Below, in pieces: positions 11,754 through 24,095 of a stretch of DNA of 64,000 nucleotides. A program made the translations under genes and the position numbers. Location: contig OZ024762.1 of the NCBI GenBank assembly GCA_964016885.1, positions 3,720,001-3,784,000 on the forward strand, in the 5' to 3' direction. The notes beneath the pieces were generated by a model. The model was not told the origin of the DNA. It worked only from the letters and a program-made list of their open reading frames with translations, and searched no databases. Source of the stretch: Eledone cirrhosa. Taxonomy: Eukaryota. Numbering within the stretch: position 1 is the stretch's first letter; each line of letters opens with the position of its first letter.

Positions 11754-12441
11754 TATATACATATATACACATGGCCTAGTGATTAGGGTGATAGATTAAT
11801 GATTACAATGCCAAAAGATTGATCCCTGAACCAGATGTTGTACTATGTCTTTAAACAAGACACTTCATTTCACATTCATCCTGTCCACTCAGTTGAAAAT
11901 GACCAGGAGCAGAGAAGTTAACCCTGCGATGGGCTGGCATCCTGTCCAGGGGGAATTCTAGTACTCTCAGTCACATAATGACAATGAAGTTGAGATAAGT
12001 TCTGGCCTGATGAACTTTCTCGGGCTTGAGACAAACTTTTTAATATAAAATATAATTTTTTACTGGGACAAATGGTAACTCGTGGTTTGCTCCCCATGTT
12101 GAAAGTTTACAACAACACTGCCAGATGTGTGGACTAAGTGGACCAAGGTGGTAACTCGGTATGTATTGATTCCGATATCTTCAAAAAGAAGCATATTGAA
12201 GTGTTTATATTAAAAACATTTTGTAGTTGTGATGCCCCAAGTCAGACCTTTATAATCAAAGGTGTTCTATTCAGCCCTGAGCAACACATCTTTAGGGTTT
12301 GTAGGGTTACACTAACCAATTTCTTTTCCTTTTGTCCCATTTTTTAAACAATGAGGTCTGGCTAAACTGAAATTTGACTGCTATTTCTTCAAGTGACTGT
12401 CCAGAAGTTCACTTGTCTTTTTACATATATATATACACTTG

Positions 12442-12472
<31 letters not shown>

Positions 12473-12570
12473 ATATATATATTCAGTAAAAGTTGTTTTA
12501 GTAAAAAACAGGAGTAAGCAGGAGAAAGCTCTCTACATTCGTAATGTGTAGTTACGATGGAGATTCAGTA

Positions 12571-12912
12571 TAAGAATAACATTAAGAAAGATGCTGTATT
12601 TACACAAAGTTTTTATTCATTATAATTATTTCAATGTAGTATTTACATTTCTTGTTGGCATGGGAATGATTTCTTCAAATGAAATGTTCATTTATGTGAT
12701 ATGCTGCAGGCAAAAAACATGTTCTTCTTGCATGCTGGGCACACAACAAGAAGAACATGATTTTTGCCCGCAACATATCACATCTAAAGAAACCGCTCCC
12801 ATACCAGCAACAAATGTAAAAACTTCATCTTGTATTGCATAAGGGAACCATCAAAATAATTATAATGAATAAACACTTTATGTAATCACAGCACCTTTCT
12901 TAATGTTATCCT
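12571..12912. mobile_element. Imperfect ~340-bp foldback element with degenerate hammerhead-like fold (- strand, 12616-12683)
   Basis: Nested inverted arms; - strand TTCAT-TTGAAGA...GAAA-TAATTA-TA-ATGAA. Confidence 0.5.
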
Positions 12913-13499
12913 TATATATATATATATAACTGGTGATCTGAACACAACACACTTTATCAGCTAACATCTCAATGTCTTGAGATACCAGTAAGGTGTTCAT
13001 GGTGGAGACACAACAGAGCTCAGCCTATACTGTAAAGTGATCGTTTCAGTGCCACAAGGAAAAGCACCCAATCTACATTGTAAATTTGGTTGGCATTAGG
13101 AAAGATATACAGCTGTAGAAACCAAGCCAGAAACAGTTCTGTGTGAACAAAACACAGTCATCTGATCTGACTTGTCTCACAACAGGACAACCCGTCTAAC
13201 CCATGCCAGCATGGAAACGTGGACGTTAAAAAGTAATGATAATGATGATTGTGTGTGAGAGAGTTTGTGTGCATACAGGAAACAGCATTTCTCTAAAGTT
13301 AGCTAATTACAGCAAAATGGAGTGAACACACCACTATCACCACTTCATGCAGAAGATGAGGCTGAGAGTGTTTGAAGGACCAATAGATTCAGGAACAGTA
13401 CAGTTCCAACCAAATGTTCCAGAAATAAACAGGAAATATGGAAAAAGAAACTTTTAATGAGGATTAAATTCAAACAGTCTTGTTATGAACATAATATAA

Positions 13500-13569
13500 T
13501 GTGATATAATACATATAAATCATATAGACATACATATATACATATATACACATATATATATGTATATAC

Positions 13570-13607
<38 letters not shown>

Positions 13608-13974
13608 CTATATATATATATATATGTCTATATATATATATAAATATATGTATATATACATACATATATATGTATATATATATACATATACATATTATAT
13701 ATATATATATGTATGTCTGTATATATATATATATATATGTATGTATATGTCTATATATATATATATGTATGTATATGTCTATATATATATAAATATATGT
13801 ATGTATATGTCTATATATATATAAATATATGTATATATATGTCTATATATATATAAATATATGTATGTATATGTCTATATATATATAAATATATGTATGT
13901 ATATGTCTATATATATATAAATATATGTATATATATGTCTATATATATATAAATATATGTATATATACACACAT

Positions 13975-14007
<33 letters not shown>

Positions 14008-14052
14008 CATACATATATATGTATATATATACATATATATAGATATATATAC

Positions 14053-14110
<58 letters not shown>
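13500..14110. repeat. Long degenerate (TA)n/(TATG)n microsatellite
   Basis: Directly visible; source of spurious YI-rich ORFs. Confidence 0.97.
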
Positions 14111-14111
<1 letters not shown>

Positions 14112-15148
14112 GGCGGCAAATTGGCAGAGTCATTAGAATATTTGAAAAAAAAAAAAATACTGTGATTTGTTGAAGGTCAGTTTTGTGAGTTCAAATCTCA
14201 GCAAAGTCAACTTTGATTTACATCACCCCCTTAAAATAGAGTAAGGGGGTGAGGATTGTTAAATGTAATACTGCGGTTGATTCATACATCTCTCTCTCTC
14301 TCTCTCTTTCTTTCTCTCCAACTAACTTTCGGAACAACCTACATTGTCTATATATATTGCATGAAAGGTCCATGGTTGGGTGGGAGGGTGAGGGAAGTGG
14401 CGGGTTCTGTTTTACAGCAGTCTTGTCCCCAGAAACTGAGGAAGGGGTCGGTGTTGTGAATAAAAGGTGAAGATAGCTAGCAACCTCTACATATGTAGAT
14501 AACGCTGGCATGCTACGACAAACCATGCAAGGACGGACCTATGTTTTGTACATCACAGAACGACATGAAGGAAAGAAGAGAATACATATGTACATATACA
14601 TACATTCATATATATATATATACATACACACATAAATATGTGTGAATATACACACACACACACACACATACATATATATATACATAAATATGTGTGAATA
14701 TATATCTACACATAAACACTCATACACATATACATATTTATACACTCACACCTACTTATACATATATACACAGACATATATATATACATACATATTTATA
14801 AACACACACACCTATATATATATATACATACACACGAATGGACCTATTATTTTTATCTAAAGACATTTTTTCCAATTCCATCCCGCCCGTCCCCTCTATC
14901 TTATTTCTCATTCTTTTTTCTGATGAAGGACTAGCGTCCAAAACGTTAAGACCCTCTTCCTGCTATTTCAAGCGTTAACCTAATATATTCCTTCCATATA
15001 CTATACCGATTGTGTTGTTATTTCTGTTTACCTTTTACATACATACATATATATATAGTAATAATAATAAATGTGAAGACTAAAATCGAAAGAGGGCTCG
15101 ATAAGGATAAATATATATCAAATATAAAAGAACCCTAGAGCAAATATT

Positions 15149-15202
<54 letters not shown>

Positions 15203-15347
15203 CAGTATATACATGTTTATAAACACACACACAGACCTATATATATACACATACATACACAGACACATATATATACACATACTTATAAACACTCACACTT
15301 CTATATATATATATATATATATATATTTTACACGTACATATTTATAA

Positions 15348-15378
<31 letters not shown>

Positions 15379-15733
15379 CACACACATACATATATATATA
15401 TACACTCGTTTTTGGACAACTGTTCACTACTAACAATGATATAATTAAATCAATGTCCAACCAATACAATAGTTATTAAAATATTTCTAGTGGAGACCTT
15501 TATTGGGGTGGGGGAGGACGGGATCTAAATTAAGGGTGAAGGGTTCCTGTTGTACGACATCAGAGTTAGTGTACATTCTGGGGTGGTGGTGGTGGGGTAC
15601 TGGATCTAAATTGAGGGGGTTTATGTTGTACAGTATCAGAGTTAGTGTACATATTGGGGTGGTTGTGGTGTGGGTGGGGGTGTAAGGATTGGATCTAAAT
15701 TGAAGGGGGGTGTCCTGTTGTACGGTATCAGAG

Positions 15734-15856
15734 TTAGTGTACAAAGCAGCTTGTGTTGACTCGAAGTCCTGGACTGGCCCTTCTCTCTGGCATCTCGTAG
15801 TAATGGAGGTAAAAGAAATCTTGAGAAAAGTCTTCATGTCCAAGGAGCTCAAGTAA
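15734..15856 (-). CDS. Uncharacterised single-TM protein, last coding exon (LLELLGHEDFSQDFFYLHYYEMPERRASPGLRVNTSCFVH*)
   Basis: tttcttccag| acceptor, phase 0, in frame with exon 17046-17157, ends TAA. Confidence 0.65.
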   Translation of the reverse strand, partial: LLELLGHEDFSQDFFYLHYYEMPERRASPGLRVNTSCFVH

Positions 15857-15874
15857 CTGGAAGAAATGTGGAAC

Positions 15875-16110
15875 AGATGTTAAAATAGATGTTAGCACAA
15901 CAACAGATGTTAGAACAACAAGTACAACAGATGTTAGAACAACAACAACAACAGATGTTAGAACAACAACAACAGATGTTAGCATAACAACAGATGTTAG
16001 CACAACAACAGATGTTAGCACAACAACAGATGTTAGAACAACAACAGATGTTAGAACAACAACAACAGATGTTAGAACAACAACAACAAATGTAACTACA
16101 ACAACAACAG
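15875..16110. repeat. Tandem repeat ACAACAACAGATGTTAG(A/C) (18-24-bp unit) abutting the exon acceptor
   Basis: Directly visible. Confidence 0.9.
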
Positions 16111-16129
16111 AATCACTAGACAGAACAAC

Positions 16130-16525
16130 TCCAATATTACAAACGTGTTGTTAGAATGTCTCAGGAAAGAATCACTGGACAGATTTGTAGCTCAGAGATC
16201 AGAGACTTGCTCAGGTAGAGCTGCTACTTCTCTAAATTGTGAGATCAGTTCCAGAATTACGGGCATGTGGTTGGAATGTCTCAGGAAAGAATTGCTGGGA
16301 AGATTTGTAGATCAGAGACTTGCTCAGGTAGAGCTGCTACTTCTCTAAATTGTGAGATCAGTTCTAGTATTACGGGCATGTGGTTGGAATGTCTCAGGAA
16401 AGAATTGCTGGGCAGATTTTAGGAGCAAAACCAACCGGTAGGAGACATAGGGGTAGACCCCAAACAAGATGGTTGGATAACATCGATAAACTCAGTTAGT
16501 CGCACTTCAGGATCCAGCCGGATTA
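16130..16525 (+). mobile_element. LINE (RTE-like) 3'-end fragment with internal duplication; relatives on - strand at 24860-25110 and 60660-60920
   Basis: Shared sequence encoding ...GRP..RW.DNI.KL.WSRLGIQP...W.ECLRTLPPRP. Confidence 0.65.
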
Positions 16526-17045
16526 ATTAAATTAAAGTACCAGTAACACACTGAGGTCGATTTAATTGACTTTTTATTCCCCCTTAGGCCTAAATCAGAA
16601 ACCATTTAGCTTTGCCTTTCATTTTTACGGGGTCAATAAAATAAAGTATCAGTAATGTACTGGGGTCGATTTAATCAACTTGCCCTTTCATAAAAATTGT
16701 TAGCTGTATGCTATGACAAAAGCACCCAGTCCACACTGTAAAGTGGTCGTGTAGGTGTCATGGCAAAAAGCACCCAGTCCACACTGTAAAGTGGTCGTGT
16801 ACGTGTCATGGCAAAAAGCACCCAGTCCACACTGTAAATATGGTTGGCGTTAGGAAAGGCATCCAGCTGTAGAAACCTAGCTAAAATCAATTCTGTGTGA
16901 GCGAAACACGGCCCTCCGACCTGATCTCTCACAAAGGGACAACCTGTCCTACCCTTGCTTGCTTGGATAATAGACGTTAAAAGATGATGATGATGATGCT
17001 GCGACCAAATAAGAAAGTGTTATTAAGTGGAGGTTGATATCTTAC

Positions 17046-17157
17046 CTGGTTATTATGCCAAGCACAGTTTGCTTGGATCATAAAGAGAATGAGAACAGAG
17101 AAAAACAAGAAGGCTGTGAAGATGAGGAAGAAAAATTTTGCATCTTGACTGAAGAGT
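17046..17157 (-). CDS. Uncharacterised single-TM protein, exon encoding the TM helix (LFSQDAKFFFLIFTAFLFFSVLILFMIQANCAWHNNQ)
   Basis: ctctccacag| acceptor and CAG|gtaag donor; completes the AC|A codon from the upstream exon. Confidence 0.72.
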
Positions 17158-17779
17158 CTGTGGAGAGATACAGAAATATATAAATATATTACTACTAGGA
17201 ATGTTTTCAACATGCTGACATGTATGTGTACATGTGTGTATGTGCATATGTATACATTTATATGCATGAGTATATAAATATAAACGTGCAGACACAGACA
17301 CACACTTACAAAAATACACACGACAGACATACATTCCCACAAATACACACACATTCACACAGACACTCACATTCACACAAACACACATATACATTCACAC
17401 AAACACTCACATATATTCACACAAACACTCACATTCACATAAACACACACATACATTCACACAAACACATACATTCACACAAACACTCACATCCATTCAC
17501 ACAAACACTCATTGTGGGGTACCTGAGCGATGTATATATGCGTGTAGTTGTGTGTATGTAGCTAGGTGTGTATATATATGTGTATGTATCTAGGTATGTG
17601 TATATAATGTGTATGTATGTATATAGTTGGATATATATATGTATGTAGCTAGATGTGTATACATATGTATGTTGGTGTGTAGTGTGTATATATATATGTA
17701 TGTATCTATATCAGGAAAACTCTGATATAACACCTGCAACTCTGATGGTATCCAATGATGTTGACTTATTCTTCTTTTT

Positions 17780-18010
17780 GGTAAATATCATCTTAAGAGA
17801 GTGGGACTGGCTTTGTGCAGTGCCTTTGCTCACTATAAAAGCTTCACGGCACAGGCATTGCTTTATACTTGGAGATCTCTCTGCACTTGTCGTCACATGG
17901 TACCATGGGCCCAGCACTATGTGTCAATAATTGTCACAGGTGTAGTGTTTGTACCAGAGTTTTCAAGTCGCTGGCTGGACTAAGAAGTCACACTTGTTCA
18001 GCGCATTGGT
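17780..18010 (+). mobile_element. LINE 3'-end remnant with terminal CxxC..H zinc-knuckle-like motif
   Basis: HRCSVCTRVFKSLAGLRSH is typical of RTE/BovB-like ORF ends. Confidence 0.5.
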
Positions 18011-18321
18011 AGGGGTTCTCCTACATGGATATAAAGTAGTGGCCGTACTCGAAAACAAGTTGGCAGCCACCATGTGTATATGTATGTAGGTGTGTGTATA
18101 TATGTGTATGTATGTAGGTGTGAATGTAGGTATGTTGGTGTGTATATATGTTTGTTGATGAACCAATAGTAACTTAAAGTTACACAGCAATGTGAATGAA
18201 GCAACATGAAATGAAGTGTCTTGTTCAAGGACACATTGAATTGTTGGGAACCGGGCTCACGACCTTATGATCGTCAGCTGAATACTCTATCCACAAAGCC
18301 ACGCGCCTTCACTGAAACTCA

Positions 18322-18970
18322 TACACCACCACCACCACAACCAATACCACCAACACCACCACCACTACTACCAGCACCACCACCACCACCACAACCAATA
18401 CCACCACCACTACTACCACAACCAACACCACCACCACTACTACCAGCACCACCACCACCACCACAACCAATACCACCACCACTACTACCACAACCAACAC
18501 CACCACCACTACTACCAGCACCACCACCACCACCACAACCAATACCACCACCACTACTACCACAACCAACACCACCACCACTACTACCAGCACCACCACC
18601 ACTACTACCACAACCAACACCACCACCACTACTACCACAAACAACACCACCACCACTACTACCACAACCAACACCACCACCACTACTACCAGCACCACCA
18701 CCACCACCACAACCAATACCACCACCACCACTACCACAACCAACACCACCACCACTACTACCAGCACCACCACCACCAACACCACCACCACTACTACCAG
18801 CACCACCACCACTACTACCACAACCAACACCACCACCACTACTACCAGCACCACCACCACTACTACCACAACCAACACCACCACCAATACCACCACTAAC
18901 ACCAACACCACCAATACCACCACTAACACCAACACCACCAACATCACTGCCACTAACATCACCACCATCA
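18322..18970. repeat. Cryptic (CCA)n-based tandem repeat in an intron
   Basis: Higher-order ACCACCACCACTACTACC(A/G)CA units; lies right after the 18997 donor. Confidence 0.95.
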
Positions 18971-18996
18971 TACAACAACAGGAAAGAACCACTTAC

Positions 18997-19391
18997 GTTC
19001 GGCTGAGGAAATCCGGTAACTCCGAGTCAAAGTCTGCAAAGCGAGCCTCATCTTCTTCATCTAACATGCATGTAGAGAAATATTTCTCAATGGCACTAGA
19101 TTTTGTCAACGCCATGGCTAGCTGTCTTTCTGTGAGGAAGACTTCTTTCTCAGCTTCTTCATCGTGTTGACTCAGTCTTTCATCTTTAGCCTTCGCTTCA
19201 TCTAACACCACCTCCTCCTCCTTCTTCTCCATCATATCCTCTTCCACCCTCTTCTCTCCATCTTCACCCTTCTCCTCCTTTACTTTGGCTGCTGTCGCTT
19301 CCTCCATTGATTCTGGTTCTCTTTCGGAAACAGAAGAGTTCTTCGAGTTCTTGTTAAAATTTGTCTGGTCTGCAGCAATACAACTAGCCAT
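18997..19391 (-). CDS. Uncharacterised single-TM protein, first identified coding exon (MASCIAADQ...acidic E/K-rich...DFLSR)
   Basis: caacATGG start context; acceptor ttattcacag| at 19406; donor AC|gtaagt; 131 codons of non-repetitive protein-like sequence. Confidence 0.72.
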
Positions 19392-19461
19392 GTTGATATG
19401 TTGATGCTGTGAATAAACACGCAAACATATATATATATATATACAGAGAGAGAAAGAGAGA

Positions 19462-19505
<44 letters not shown>

Positions 19506-21063
19506 TAAATATCAGAAGAGGTATATATAATATATATTTTTTAAAAAAGGGGGGGACGGACGGACAATGACAATGTAAAAAAACAACGGAAAGACGGTCC
19601 CATCTCCTCAGTCAACCTCTGTAAATCACTACAGTTTTGGTTGATTAAGGTTGGTACCATTCATTCCAGTGCACATTGGGACATAACAAAACAGCTAGAG
19701 ACAAGTTATGCATATATATTATTAAATTCAAAACTACAACGAAGACATAACATGGACCCATGTTTCGTTGTAGTATTGAATTTAATGATATATTAAAACT
19801 CATCCCATGGACTGAATGCTCTACACCTCGGATAGTTTTACCAAATTATTACAACTAAATATATATATAGAGTCCACACTCTAGATGTGGTTGGTGTTAG
19901 GAAGAGCATCCAGAGACGCTTCCGTGCAACCGAGACATGGTCTCTCGACCATTCCCGCATCAAATGGAACAAAACCTTCTAACCCATGCTAGTGTGGAAG
20001 ATGGACGTTAAATGATGATGATGATGATAATATATATATATAACACCAAATTTAATATAGAAATGGCTTCTACAGGACTAGAAATGTTTCATTCAAAGGA
20101 AATCATACCAGGAAAGTTTTGTGGAAGTCCCAGTCCCAAATTCAAAAAATAACTGTAACAATAGTTGATTGCTATAAATGATAGCTTCAAAAATTGGGTA
20201 AAATACCCCTAGGGACAGCTGGCCATAAGCTATTATTTATAGTGATTGGCTGTTAGAGTTATTTTCTGCGTTTAGGATTCTCATATATTCAAAATTAAAA
20301 TCATCCAGCCCTTCAATATCGCAGTAGAGAGCTTCATGGTATCTGTTCTGGTTCTCTGCTCAATGAATTTAACCCTTAGCATTTAAACCGGCCATATCCG
20401 ACCAGAATTCTCTCACTTCTTTCTGTTCAAATTGGCCATAACCGGTTGCTCATACTTATGTTAAAGTATTGTTCTCAAAATAAATAATATCAAAATCTCA
20501 TAAATTCGATATTATGAGATAATTATGTAAGGCAAAGTGTTTACCACGAAAATATAATAGTAAATATCGAGTAATATAAAAGCTAAAGGGTTAAATCCTG
20601 CCAAGGTCAACTTTGCCTTTCATTCATTCAAGGTCGAGGATGGTAAGGGAGATGTGCTAAAAGAGCCATTCCATCCCGCGAGGCTCACACCTGCAGCTAG
20701 CCAGCTCAACGTTTATGGTGGTAAGTAGGGAGGTAGCCCTAGGGCAAGGACACCAGAAATCTCCACTGCTAGGGACTCGACTGCAACTCATGCTTATGGA
20801 AGTAAATCTATTCCACTGTGGGCCTTACTTGAGCTTTGTAGAAGATCTGATGTTGTTGTTGATGTGTGTGTGTGGGGGGGGGGGGGGGGGTCTGAAGTAT
20901 TTTTTGGTTAACGAGAAGGACCAGTCTTTTAAATGCAGGCTCCAAGCTATGAGTGTACCACGTTAATAGCGAAAACAAACTTTGTTTTTTATATATATAA
21001 TAATTATTATTATATAAATGACATTGTTTTCTCGTGTGCTATTAACCCCCGGAATTTTCCCTA

Positions 21064-21512
21064 CGGATTTTTTTTTTTTTTTTTTTTGGCATGTTATCAA
21101 CGATTATGACCTTCACCCAGTCGGAAACTACAAGATTTGTAGAAAAAGGTAAGGCGAAAGATCTACACACCTCTCGCGTTTGGTGGGAAATAATTATCTT
21201 TCCTTGTTTGTTTGTTTTTTTGTTTATTTTTTTATTTCTTAGATGGTTGCAATCGACTTTTTCCCCCCGGAAAATGGAAACCCTAAAACTACCAGTTATT
21301 TTAAACCTAACCCTAACTCTAGCCTGGGGGGGGGGGGGGGTCGATTGCAAGCATCTCAATCGTACCGAAAAAAAAACAAAGAAAGATAATTATTTCTCCC
21401 TAAACGCGAGAAGGTAAACTCCGATGATCTTTTCGCCAACTTTCACTACAGATCTAGTATCCGACTGGTTTGGGAGGTTGTATTCTTTGATAACATGGGA
21501 AAATAAAAATCC
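21064..21512. mobile_element. Imperfect ~450-bp foldback/MITE with central AACCCTAA motif
   Basis: CATGTTATCAA/TTGATAACATG, CAGTCGGA/TCCGACTG, CTCGCGTTT/AAACGCGAG, TTGCAATCGAC/GTCGATTGCAA arm pairs. Confidence 0.65.
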
Positions 21513-22153
21513 GTTGGGAAAACGCCGTGGAGGTTTGTATCCGAGGTGGGGTGGGGTGGGGGGACACATCCCACCCCTTTCATTCTCCAGGGAAAAAGTT
21601 GATTCCCAGAATCTTGGAGATTATATTGATAGCACAGGGAAAGGAAATAAAAAAATTAAAAAACACCAGTGGCAGTGCCCCAGCATGGCCTCAGACCCTC
21701 GGTTAGAACGCAAATAAATAAATAAATAAGAAAATGCCCCCCCCCCCCCCCTTCCCACAAAAATCGAGTGAGGTGTTCTATAATAATTGTTTCTACTTTT
21801 GGCACAAGGCCAACAATTATCACAGTGTATTACTGGTACTTTATTTTATCGACCCCGTAAGGATGAAAAGCAAAATAATGCCACAATCACCAGGAAACAG
21901 TTCTAGTCCGGTAGAAGTCATTTCCATAATAAAATAAATATACCTGTACTCTACCATGTATTGACTACCCTTTTTTTAACTGTGATCACCTCCAGATAGA
22001 CATCGGGAATATATAACGAAGGAGGAGTGGTAAGGAACCAGATGGACCATAACGCACCAGAGTACTCAATACTTAGGGTAGTAGAGTGGATAATAGGAAA
22101 ATGTTTAACCCCGACGGCAGAGCTCAAGCCGTCGAAATGGGGTTAAACATTTT

Positions 22154-22207
<54 letters not shown>

Positions 22208-22705
22208 TTAAAAGAACAGATTAAAGTTTAATCAAAGAATCGCTGCTTAAACTTTAATCTGTTCTTATAATAAAGATTTGCTCTACGGGTTTATATATAT
22301 TTTAAATATATATATATATATAATCCTATCGAACCCTCTTCGGATTTTAGTCTTCATACATTTATTATTACTACATATATATAGATATATATACAGGGAG
22401 TTACAAAAATGTATACATACTGCAACAGCCTTCTAATAAAAGTGTGTATACATATTTTGAGGGACACCTTATATCTGTATATTGTTACGAAAAGATGTAA
22501 ATATACTCCAACAGCATTCTAATAAAAGTATGTATACATTTTTTTGTAACACCCTGTGTGTGTATATATATATATAACGAAATGAAATGAAAACAAAACA
22601 GTATTTAATCAGATGAGGTACCAACAGGTGTCAAGGTGGATAACTTGTAACTGCGGAAATTGGGAACTGCATTAGCGAACTAAAACACAATACACACACA
22701 CACAC

Positions 22706-22736
<31 letters not shown>

Positions 22737-22788
22737 TATAAATATATATACACATATGTATATATATATATATATATATACACATATG

Positions 22789-22822
<34 letters not shown>

Positions 22823-22871
22823 GACATAAATATATATACACACACACACAGACATAAATATATATACACAT

Positions 22872-22919
<48 letters not shown>

Positions 22920-23053
22920 ATAGTTTTTTGTTTTTAAAATCCAATGTCAATAAATACACCAGAATTTTTTCATTCTGATGATTGAAAGCAAAATTTGTTT
23001 GCTTTCAAGAACCGACTGGTGAATGAAATAATTACCTTATGTTGTTTATTACA

Positions 23054-23098
<45 letters not shown>

Positions 23099-23434
23099 TC
23101 ACATATATATATACACACACATTTATACAGAGCGTTCCAAAAAATGTATACACACTTCAACAGCATTCTAATAAATATTGCCTGTACAGGTGATCAAGGT
23201 GTGTATACATTTTTGGGGACACCCTGTATATAAACATACATAAACACAACACACACACATATATATATATAAACAATGAGTTATTTGGTTTGTTGATTAT
23301 TCAACAAAGTTGATTTTACAACAGATTAGAAGCACTCAACAATGTGTACATATTTTTTGGGACACCTGTATGTATGTACACGTGTCCTGGTGATTTCAGT
23401 GAAAAAGTTCTAGTCCTATAGAAGTCGTGTATAT

Positions 23435-23634
23435 NNNNNNNNNNNNNNNNNNNNNNNNNNNNNNNNNNNNNNNNNNNNNNNNNNNNNNNNNNNNNNNNNN
23501 NNNNNNNNNNNNNNNNNNNNNNNNNNNNNNNNNNNNNNNNNNNNNNNNNNNNNNNNNNNNNNNNNNNNNNNNNNNNNNNNNNNNNNNNNNNNNNNNNNNN
23601 NNNNNNNNNNNNNNNNNNNNNNNNNNNNNNNNNN
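23435..23634. other. Assembly gap (200 N)
   Basis: Run of n. Confidence 1.
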
Positions 23635-23744
23635 TCAACACTAAAACAGATCTTTATTGAAATTCGACCCCATCACCTTCTCTCATGCCAGACTTAGTGT
23701 CGCCATCTGCGAGTAAATTACCATCATCAACACCGCGGTCGTCA

Positions 23745-24095
23745 TTGTCACCACCACCACCACCATCACCATCATCATCATCACCATCATCACCATCATC
23801 AACATGGTGATGATGATGGTGATGACGGTGGTGATGATGATGATGGTGATGATAGTGATGGTGATGATGATGATGATGGTCATGGTGGTAATGATGATGA
23901 TGATGATGGCGATGTTGATAATGATGATGATGATGATGATGATGATGATTATGATGATGATGATGTTGATGATGAGATGATGATGGTGATGATGGTGATG
24001 ATGATGATGATGGTGATGGTGATGACGATGATGATGATAGTGATGATGATGATGGTGGTGATGATGGTGGTGGTGATGATGATGATGATGATGAG
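23745..24095. repeat. (CAT/CAC)n followed by (GAT/GGT)n trinucleotide tracts in inverted arrangement
   Basis: Directly visible. Confidence 0.95.

Noticed and set aside
13483-14173. Multiple YI/CV/TH-rich ORFs here and throughout the window
   Set aside because: Dinucleotide microsatellite artefacts
18221-19006. Long Pro-rich, Gly-rich and Val-rich ORFs (extensin- or loricrin-like)
   Set aside because: All arise from one (CCA)n-type repeat that lacks stops in several frames; it lies in an intron just past a consensus donor
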